Shown here in pieces: positions 1 to 9,570 of a stretch of DNA of 22,817 nt. The notes under the pieces are model-generated. The model was not told the DNA's origin. It saw nothing but the letters and a program-made list of their open reading frames with translations, and did not search any database. Every line of letters begins with the position of its first letter. The first letter of the stretch is position 1. Position numbers and translations under genes: made by a program. Source of the DNA: Zygophlyctis sp. KS116 (taxonomy: Eukaryota; Fungi; Chytridiomycota); assembly GCA_054661495.1 (NCBI GenBank), contig BAAFSQ010000158.1, positions 1 to 22,817 on the forward strand, read 5' to 3'.

Positions 1-1160
1 TACTCAAAAGAAACAAAATCAAGAGAGGTATTATAGTATGATCATATTTATTATTTAGTCAAGTAAATGTGATAATTGTGAATCAGAACTAGCGATTTTA
101 CATTGTGCGGCTGACGCAGCTAATCTTTGCTCAAAATGCGACTCGCAGCTCCATTCGTCCAAATTAGCATCTCGACATGTTCGAACTCCAATAGGAAAGG
201 TGATAAAACAACATTTCTCATAATAGGGCTCAGATGTTTTTGGATATTGTAGACACCATCCAGAAAAATGTATTGAATTCTACTGTTCGCAATGCCATAT
301 ACCAGTTTGTGTTTACTGTAAAATGGTTGGGAATCATGCAAATGGTGAAGCTTCAAGGCATCAATTGGTTAGTGTTTCAGAAGCCTACCAATCAGTGATA
401 CATGAATCTTCTTCGGTATTTTGTCTATTGGTAATTTTAGCCTGATCCGATCCTTCAAAATCGACGTAACGATATTATTTCCCAAATAGGAGCGATTGAA
501 TCGAGAGCTCAAGCAGTTCAGAATTTGCGTAAAACAATAGAATTGCAGATTGAAGAAGCATACAACAAAGCAATGACAGATATTCACAAAATTACTGATC
601 AAAAGGTACAAGTGACTATACCTTTGGTCTAATGTGTAGATGAATACTTTATTAGGTGACAAACTGGAACTTAATAGACAAATGTCTGAAATTGAACGCT
701 TGGAATCTTTCTTGGCTTATCAGCAGCAAGGAGATGCAACTTCATATCTTTTCAATTGGTCACGTCATCAGATGTTTAAATCTGAGCTTCATGATTTCAA
801 GTATTTTAAAAGAGATATTGATGTCCAACTCGATGCCAAGGTACTGATACCAAGACTTATAATTAGATGGTGGGATCACTTTCTGTGGTTATAGAAGAAG
901 AAGACTTTCATTCCAGCGTGCCTGTGAATTCAAGCGCTCATAATAGTCCTTCCAAAAGTAAATCTCCTTTACGAATTTCTCCAAATAAGGTTAACAGACG
1001 GACCTCTGTATGTGTTTATTTTTATTAATGTTAGGATTTATTTGCTGAAACATTGGGGGCTCTAGATCACAGCAGCATTAGAGATGAAGATGATTTTGAC
1101 AGTATATTTTGATTATTTTATATATTAGGCTATGCAGAATCTCTTAGCTTCAGAGACTGA
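1..1160 (+). CDS. Double B-box zinc finger + coiled-coil protein (TRIM-like), 5' truncated by the window; missed by the ORF track except for one exon
   Basis: Removing GT-AG introns 28-58, 200-226, 416-440, 606-639, 841-866, 1008-1034 and 1102-1128 gives one frame: ...SKCDNCESELAILHCAADAANLCSKCDSQLHSSKLASRHVR (B-box1, CONSTANS-like spacing), YCRHHPEKCIEFYCSQCHIPVCVYCKMVGNH (B-box2), a coiled coil, then TGA at 1158-1160. The first donor could alternatively be at 36. Confidence 0.85.
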
Positions 1161-1192
1161 AACATCGCACATATTTAATAACTAAATAAAAC

Positions 1193-2694
1193 TTAAGATT
1201 TTCTACAGTAAACTAATACATTTCCTTTTCTTCTATTGTCATCATGCCAATGACTATTAAAAAAATTGGCACACTAAAAATATTATTAAGATTTATGATA
1301 CCATGGAATACCCAGAATCAGAATAAAATAGCAAATGCTTAATTTGCGGTAAGATACTCTCGAAAAATACAAAATGGCTTGGCCATGATTCCCTTTCTAA
1401 ATTCCGCCACTTAGCATTGATAAATGAGGTCGTGTTTTGATAAAAAAGAGTTTCTGTATTTTGAGAGGGAATTGAAGAATTCCAAGGAGGTTCACAAGTC
1501 AAAAAATCCATCACTATCGGATAGTGAACATGCGAAAAATAAGGAGTTGAGTGACATGGCATTAAGAAAAAAACACTTTTTGCCCTTCCTGACGCTGCCT
1601 CCTTTCTAAGAAAATGTGTAACATCAATCACACCTCTCTGATGAAACAATGAGAGATAAAAAGCCAAAGACAATTGAGTCGAAACTAAAAAAATCCATAA
1701 TTTCCTGCCAATTTTTATCGAAGCCAATCTCTTTCCTGTACTTAACAGTCCAATCGGCAGCATAGGACCTAAAAATCGAAACTCTTTGTGCTTAATAAAG
1801 GAAATAATAACCAAATTCCATACAACAAGAGAACCAAATATCTCATTTTTTAACCCAAGAACCGCCCAGGGTAAATACGTGAACAGAATTGTAGGAAATC
1901 CCTGAGAAAAATACCAGTGAAATGGATGCGTCCCATAAAATTCTGATATTCCAGATATAATGTTTGCTGAAAGAAAATTCCACGGCGTCATAATCCATTC
2001 GCCATAAAATTGATAATCGATTGCCATTATCAGTGCTATTGCACAAATCGCAACTTGTGTGATCAAAAAACATATTGATATTCTATATCCTGGCTTCATC
2101 CAGAGTAATTTTAAGCAGAGAAAGATCCAAATAATAGAACTAGTGGGTCGTATCATACAAGCCAATGCTGCAAATAACAAAGATTTCCGTAGATTTCTAT
2201 AAATAAAAGCACCTTTCCACGGATAATAATAAAATGCAATCGTTGAAAGCGTAGTTTCCAACGTATTAGAGTCTAATAATTAAAATGCTAAATTTACAAG
2301 TTCGAACCATAAAATAAAAATTAAACCAGCTAGTAATTGAAACCAAAAGTACAGTCCTTGCAACATTTAGTGAATATTGTTTATTTGCCCACTTGAATAA
2401 GAAATAATCATTCAAGGCAGCGATCATGGCTTGTAAAACCTTTGGGGCCCAAATTAATGCCAGAGAATTATCTAAATTAAGCATAGCCAACATTCTATAT
2501 AAAACATAAAATATAAAAGGATGAGCAAAACTTCTAATTTTGGCTTTCCACTCCCAAGTCAAATAACCAATATTAAATGCCTTCAAGTGTGCAATTTCTA
2601 GCGATTGCCAAGATTCGTCCGGATCAAAGAAAGTCTGTACACACCATGCATTAAAGATCCTAAAGACTATCAAAAGGAGTAAGAGCCGAAACAT
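1193..2694 (-). CDS. GPI10: GPI alpha-1,2-mannosyltransferase 3 (PIG-B/Gpi10, GT22 family)
   Basis: Motifs TFFDPDESWQSLEIAH, GYLTWEW, IRPT, YGTHPFHWYFSQG, HKEFRF, LMPCHSTP and FNSHWHDDNRRKG. Introns 2273-2297 (25 nt, restores RTYSNTLET) and 1274-1301 (28 nt). Confidence 0.95.
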
Positions 2695-2800
2695 TTTGTC
2701 TCACCTCCGCATTCCCCTGATCGTAAGGACTTTCGGACATCATGATTTCTAACTAATAATAGTAGTATGTCTTAAAATACGTCAATGTTAATACAAAACT

Positions 2801-4650
2801 TTATTCTGGTCCTGAAACATCATTCAGCTGACTCATTAATCTATTCAGACGATTATTAATTTTTGACTATATAGGTTATAAAACAATCCCTTACTGTTGT
2901 CACTGGAACGATTTGAGCTTTTTCTATTTCTTCAACTACAGATTGATCAATTTCACTCAACAAACTTAGCTGTCTCTTGAGTCTTTCCTCAGACAATACT
3001 CGTATCTCCAAGTCTAAATCATCCTTTTCAATAGTTATTTCTTCATCTTTACAAAGACTTGTATTATGTGTGGGGTAAACCCGGGTAATAGGAGCTACTG
3101 TCGTAGATTGTTCAATTCTTGATTTGATACTTGAAGGGGAATTTCTTACATCTAAATCATTTTTTAGATATTTTGATATCGGTGAAAAAAATCTAAATTT
3201 AGAAAAGACGAATTACTCTTCCGAGGAATTCCCATTCCAGAGTGAGACAGATCTAGGATTTGAATTCTGTGTCTGTGGTGTAATGTAATATTCTCTAAAA
3301 GTCTTGCATTCATCATATAAAGGCTCATTTCGATACTTCATTCTTCTAGAGTATCTAAAACTGATGTAACCATATATCATCAAGCATGACTTTGATCCGC
3401 CACGTAGATCACTGATAAATCCAGACATCATGGTGTTATCGACTTGTTCTGACAATAATATCTTGTGATAAGAATATTTTGTCAAAAGAGTATGCCAAAA
3501 CAAGATTTGTACTTGACTTGGAATCCACGCGTGTATACTATTTATGTACAACATTTCTTGAACAGAACCCACTTTTTTCATTGAATAGAAAGTCGTCATT
3601 TCAAAGACGCAGCCAATCAAAAAAGCTTCTATATCAGAAATATTCAGATTAGTAGTGTTTGATTGCTCCATTAATAATGTAAACAGTTTTCTTAACCATC
3701 TTCTAATATCTCCTGATTCGCAATAACAAGCAGTGAAATGTATAATTCGAGACAAATCCCAAGGATACTTTAGAAACGTTAATTCATCAATCAGTAATAG
3801 ATTTCCATTACTTAAAAAATCAAAAATATGCTTGGATTCTTTATCTACTGTATTCTTCAAAAGTGACATTATAGGAGGTAGCATCCAATCAATAGAGAGT
3901 CGAGTTAGATCTTTTCTTTTCACCTTGTTAGATCTCAAACTTGCTTTAAAACATAAAACATTGCCAACCATCCAATTCGACACGCAAGAGTACCTTACCA
4001 AGGTCGTAGGTTCCATATCCTTTACAGGAATATCTGTACTTATAGAAACCAGCAAGTCTATAATATCCTGATCTACATCCTTAAGCTTTGGTATGAGTAC
4101 ATTCGTAGAAACTAAAGTCTGTAAGTGATTCCATGATTTATGGAAGATAAACTTTGCATAAATTTCCTGAGTGTTATAAAAGGTTAAGTACTTGTTTTAG
4201 GTTTGACCATTCTATGGTGGCAAGTTGATCTAGTTCCTTGTCTAAAACATTGTTCATAGAGTCTAGCAAGAGTCCAAAATCATTTAGAATCTGATCCATG
4301 TTTGAATTCTTAAATGCTAAAAAATCGTAAATTGACGCTTTAACTTTTAAATAATCCAAAAGTTCAAAATTGTTTCTTTGAGAAAAGTAAGAATCAAAAA
4401 GAATGAAATTCTCTTTGAAGAATTCCAGAAATTGTTCCTGAAAACTAAAAAATTTCATCAATAAATTCCATGCTAAACTGTAATATTTTCCCAAAATTAA
4501 ATCCTTTGAAAGATTTAAAACATATTCTACAGAAATATCTTTTTTAAATGGGATTGAAGCTAGTTCTGCATGCACCTTTTTATTCCATTGCGGTGAATTG
4601 GGTTCCATTTTAAGCTTTTGCAAGGAAAACTTTAGTGATTTTAAAGGCAT
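2801..4650 (-). CDS. Hypothetical protein with a helical N-terminal part and a charged, coiled-coil-like C-terminus
   Basis: ORFs 4174-4650 and 3213-4055 plus a downstream open frame are joined by introns 4167-4191 (25 nt), 3193-3216 (24 nt) and 2867-2894 (28 nt). Stop TAA at 2801-2803. No family recognised; the last exon is less certain. Confidence 0.65.
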
Positions 4651-4736
4651 TTAAGTAGTCTAATAGCGTTTTTTGTTGTGTTCTAGTGAATCAGTCTCGA
4701 TAGAGTTTCTGGAATAAAATATTTTATAAATTTCTA

Positions 4737-6886
4737 TTAATCAACTACTCTTAGTTGCTGAATCAATTTCCAAAAATGCTTCTCGACCAATTTCCTTTTA
4801 ATCTTCAAGGATGGAGTTAAGAAACCCGATTCAACAGTAAATGGTTCATCCAGCAAGTAAATTCTTTTAGGGATTTGATAGCCTAAAAGTTCATTTGATT
4901 TTCCAACAGCTGTCATATCTTGTAAAATTTCATTCACGAGAAGCGTATTTTGACACAGTGTCCTAAAGTCTAGATTTGAAACAATATTCTTTTTGGCCCA
5001 TACTTTTACAGTTTCAAGTTCAGGGACTACTAAAGCAGTACAAAAGTTATCAAGAGGATTTCCAAATATTACAATCTGTGCAATAAACTTTGAATCCAAC
5101 TTATTTTCTATATTTTCTGGGCATATAAACTCTCCTTGAGATAGTTTGAAAATATTGCTTATACGATCAAGGATTTGAATTGTTCCATTAGGTAGAATTT
5201 GAGCTATATCACCAGTATGGAGCCATCCATCTTTAATCGTTTCTCTAGTTTTTACATCATCTTTATAGTATCCTATCATTATAAATTTAAAATATTTCAA
5301 ACCTTTCATTATAGTAGGTCCAGAGAGGCAAATTTCACCACGAGGATTGGGTTGGTCAGTAGCAAAATATCCAAGACTAGGCACATCAACAAGCTTTAAC
5401 TGCAAGCCAGGAAAAGGAGGCCCAACATGACTTCCCCAAGGATTTTCATAGTCTCCGAAAAGGGTACATGTTCCGGTTCCACAAGATTCAGTCTGACCGT
5501 ATCCTTCAACAATTTCACAACCAAGGACTGCTCTAAAGAAATTAAGAATTTTAGGGTCTACAGGAGCAGCTCCAGTCGCCTAAATTTAAAATTAAAGTGG
5601 TACAATCAATTTAATTCGTCCTCCCAGCTTTTCTGAAATTTTTGTAAAAATTAATCTATCCCAGACAGTATTTTTGTCCAAAATTCCATTTTTGAGTAAC
5701 TTTAGTTTATAACCAAGAGCCAAGTCAAAGAATATTCTCTTAAACTTTGGCAGCAATTCTAATTTTTCCAAAATTTTCGAGTATACTCTTGTTAAAAGCC
5801 GCGGGACCGTGGGGAATAATGTTGGCTTGAATTCCATAATTTCTGTTGGAAACTTGGACACATCACCCGAGGCTAAACCTATTTTAACTCCACACCAAGT
5901 AAATGCTATAAATTTACAAGATTATAAAAAATACCATGAATATTCAACCTTTCAAAAATATGACTCATTGGTAAAAATGATAAATGAGCATCTTCACTCC
6001 CAGGAAGTAAACTCTGAGGAATAATTTTCAATAGCCCTTTCCCAGCTTCAATCATATTACCATGAGTCAACATTACTCCTTTTGGATCCCCTGTAGTCCC
6101 AGATGTATAACAAATCGTAAATACATTATTCAATAAAGGCAATTCAACCTTTTGCAAACCTTTTCGACCTAATTCCAAGACATACTTAAAAGACAAAATT
6201 TCTACACCATCCACTTTCTCCATAACCTCTTTTGGAACTGAATCCACAGTAAGAATTATAAATTTCAAATATTTTGATTTAACCTTTAGTACATCTTTTA
6301 ATTTATCCAAACTAGTAATGAGAATAGTCAATTTTGAATGATTTAAGACTGATTTCAAGTCTAGAGTATTAAAAGACACGTGTATCGGTACAGAAATTAA
6401 AGAATTTATAGAGCATGCATGATCAGAAACTATCCAAAATGAAGAATTTTTCAACAAGATCCCCACCAATGAATTTTGAAAATCAGCACTAGGACTGAAA
6501 CTGGTACTAGCAACTAGACCTAAACTCTTCAAACCTGAACCCAAATCAGAAGCCTGCTCGTAAACTTGACACCAACTAACAGAGTTCCAACCAGACTCTG
6601 ACTTTACTCTAAAATATTCCAAATCCTTGTATTTATCCTTTGACTTTATAAAAGAGTCTGCCAAAGACCCAATATCTAAAATTGGCGATTCCTCGAATTG
6701 AATTAAATTTTGTTTTGCAGCAACAATTGCAGATTCTCCTGGTCTCCTAGACAGAGCAATCTCTGCCTGTCTCTTTATAAACTTTACATTCTGAGATAAT
6801 TTCATCCATAAAATAACGATTATACAAGCAAGAATTGAAGTTATTAGAGCATCCCATTCCCAACTCAGACTTTGTAATAGCGCCAT
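4737..6886 (-). CDS. Long-chain fatty acyl-CoA synthetase (AMP-binding, ACSL/FAA family) with an N-terminal membrane anchor
   Basis: Motifs CYTSGTTGDPKGVMLTHGN, SFLPMSHIFER, TGAAP, EGYGQTE, RGEICLSGP, GWLHTGDI, ILDRISNIFKLSQGEFI and LTPSLKIKR. Introns 5906-5934 (29 nt), 5580-5603 (24 nt) and in-frame 5273-5302 (30 nt). Confidence 0.95.
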
Positions 6887-7117
6887 CTGAATTGAATTGA
6901 CAGTGGTACTTTAAGTAGTACTTTAAGTCGGTCTAAATTAAGGTTTGGGTGTATGTTTACATTTGAATAGAGTTTTTCAGAAACTTGAAATACATCATCA
7001 CTTTGATAGTTTGCAGTTGTACTAAAACTAAAAAAATAAAATTACTAAGTATATAGCAAGAAATTGTAAAATCGCGAATTTCTAGAGAAATTTTTAGAAA
7101 AAAAAAACTTTTTGAAA
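6887..7117. promoter_or_regulatory. Divergent promoter region (acyl-CoA synthetase / ATP7)
   Basis: 231-nt AT-rich spacer between head-to-head genes. Contains direct repeat GTACTTTAAGT x2 (6906-6928) and AAAATCGCG (7068-7076). Confidence 0.55.
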
Positions 7118-7627
7118 ATGTCAAAATCCCTTGGAAAAATCAATTGGGGAGGCCTTTCTTCTAAACTAAGACCAGACACTCTTGCTTCAGTCTCTTCTTT
7201 CAAAAGACAATACGAAGAACTTTCTAAAAAGTTGCTAGAATTACAAGAACAATCAACTACTATTGACTGGTCTGCTTATTCTTCTATTTCTGGAACAAGA
7301 GTATTTTCTGAAGCTCAAAAATCTTTTAATAGTTTCTCTCCAGCAAAAGTAGACTTGGACAAGACTCTAAAATCTATTGCTGTTGAAGAAGAAGTTGCTC
7401 TAAAGGCTGCAAAAGAAACTTCTGCGGCTGTTGCAAAGGAATTAAAAGACTTGAAACAATTACTGGTTGATATTGAATCTGCACGTCCTATTGATCAATT
7501 AACAGTGGATGATGTTGCTAAATCTATTCCTGATTTGGATGCTAAAGTAGAAAAGATGGTTAAGCGCGGACAATGGACTCCACCTGGATATTATGAAAAG
7601 TTTGGAGAATTTAAGATTGGATTCTAA
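7118..7627 (+). CDS. ATP7: Mitochondrial ATP synthase subunit d
   Basis: Intronless. KINW...SSFKRQYEE...TIDWSAY...DIESARPIDQLTVDDV...KVEKMVKRGQWTPPGYYEKFG is typical of fungal subunit d. First ATG at 7118. Confidence 0.93.
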   Translation: MSKSLGKINWGGLSSKLRPDTLASVSSFKRQYEELSKKLLELQEQSTTIDWSAYSSISGTRVFSEAQKSFNSFSPAKVDLDKTLKSIAVEEEVALKAAKETSAAVAKELKDLKQLLVDIESARPIDQLTVDDVAKSIPDLDAKVEKMVKRGQWTPPGYYEKFGEFKIGF

Positions 7628-7668
7628 AGTAAAACTAGATAAAAATTCTTTATAATTCCTGGTTTTTG

Positions 7669-9525
7669 ATGAAAAATTTGTACCAATTCTCCACTTGTGC
7701 GCCTAATAATTTATCTAAAATTCCCTTGTCTACTATTGAGGATTCGGACATGAATAAACCTCACATGGTAAAGTTGGTCTATGAGTCTACACAACCGATA
7801 AAAGATACACAAAAAGACAATGGGAGACAAACAGGACTATCAGACTCTGATCAAGATGTCATTAAATTAAAGAATTCTATAAATTCAACTTTTAAAAAGA
7901 TTGTTCAAGACTCTGAAGAAGAGGATTTGGACATTCAAACGACTCCTGCAAAAATATGTGGAAATGATAAATGTAAAGCGGGACTATCAATTGAATGGAA
8001 AACAGGGGAAAATGGAACTATATTATGTTTTGGTTGTTGGGAATATGTCTCAAAGTACAAGAGTTTTTCAAATTATAAAAAGGAAATTAGGCCTATAATT
8101 TCTAAAAACTTTCATTTCTTAAAATCTCCAAGGAAATTGGTTCAAGAGTCTCCTAGTAAAGCAAATCAGACACTTGATTCTTCTTCGCCACGTCAAGTGA
8201 CTAGTGATTCTTCTTCTGCTAGGAAAAGGCGCCTTGTATCTGCTGCTAAAAGAAATTATAAGGAATCTTCATCAGATGATTTTGAATTTGATAAGCGGAA
8301 TCAAAAGTTGAAAAGAGTTAAACACTACGCTGAAAATAGTTCAAAAGATGTAAAACTGACTCCTGTTAAAATTGATAAAACTACTTCAGTAAGAAATCTT
8401 AATAATTCAGAAAATGAACCTCCTAAATTGATTAGAAATGCGCTAGTTTGGGCTTTTTTGAAGGAAGAAGGGTGTTATTTTAGTGTAATTTAACTGATTA
8501 TCTAATTGCAGGCTCTAGTTGTCTCTGTAGATCTTGATATTTTGGATGTATTATTTTTTCAAGGACAGTCTGGTCATCAATTGCCTCTAGGAAGTTATAA
8601 ATTAAACAAGGACCAAGTTAAAATTTTGGATTTAGAGACAAATCATGTCGTATTTATGGATCATAAAGGGATCAAGGAAGAATTTAAGGTCTCAGAGGTT
8701 CTTTCAGATGGGGCACTGTTGTTGATTCCAAAAAATGAACTTGAAAATGTTATTGTTGGAACTAGACATGGTGTATACATGGATCAAAGGATGATTTCTG
8801 ATAATTCTAAAGCCTCAATTATCAAAAAGAATAAGGAAAATTACAATCAGATTTTTGAAAACGTATTTATTATTTTCTCTGTATCTTCAAATGGGAGTAC
8901 TCAAGACACGATTGATGAATTTCAAGACATGGAAAACTTAAAAAATGCATTTATATTTAGAGGAGGAGAAATTTTTGGGATTGGTGATAATATTCCAGAA
9001 AATTGTAAACATGTTCTCTGTGTGTCCAATATGCCTAATAAAGGAACAGTTTTTTTATCATGTCTGGCTAAAAAAATACCAATTATATCAATGGGATGGC
9101 TTCAACTCTGTATAAGACATGTACTACTTTTAAATTAAGTTTATAGGAAATTTGCATTGATCCTCTTCCATATGCAATTTCAAGTGGAATATCAGAATTA
9201 ATACAAGAAACAAGTTTTCCAGTTTCAAGGTATATTTATCAAAATCTGGAAACTAATCGCGTATTTGAAGGCAAAGAGTACAAGAGTATAATTTTTCTAT
9301 TTTAACTATTTAGTAACTGGAACAAAAGATTTTGTAGAAAAATGGAAATTTATTTTAGAGTGTGGAGGAGCAACTATTGTTGATTCTAACGATGCAATTA
9401 CTTTGAGCCAAGAATCTGAAATGTGGTTGGAGCAGTGTTTGGTTCATCAGTATCATTTTGGCTATTTTGATAATGGACGCCAACTTGATTCTGATATATT
9501 TAATGTGAATAATATTAATAATTAA
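7669..9525 (+). CDS. Rad9/Crb2/53BP1-like checkpoint mediator candidate: GATA-like zinc finger + Tudor-like domain + C-terminal BRCT pair
   Basis: CGNDKC-X17-CFGC finger (7957-8037), Tudor-like VWAFLKEEGCYFSALVVSVD...VLFFQG, BRCT-like IFENVFIIFS...RGGEI...CLAKKIPIISMGWLQLCI, and a second shortened BRCT (VFEGKE...KWKFILECGGA...WLEQCL). Introns 8485-8511, 9121-9146 and 9286-9313. Confidence 0.6.
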
Positions 9526-9570
9526 GTCATGAGAAGTTGAAGTGTAGGATTAGAGACTGTGTTAATTTTA

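Noticed and set aside
120-662. Minus-strand ORFs 120-356 and 369-662
   Set aside because: Antisense shadows of the spliced B-box gene on the plus strand.
2608-2625. PIG-B motif PDESWQ instead of PDE(Y/F)WQ as a sign of inactivation
   Set aside because: The acidic DE pair and all other motifs are intact; a single substitution is insufficient evidence.
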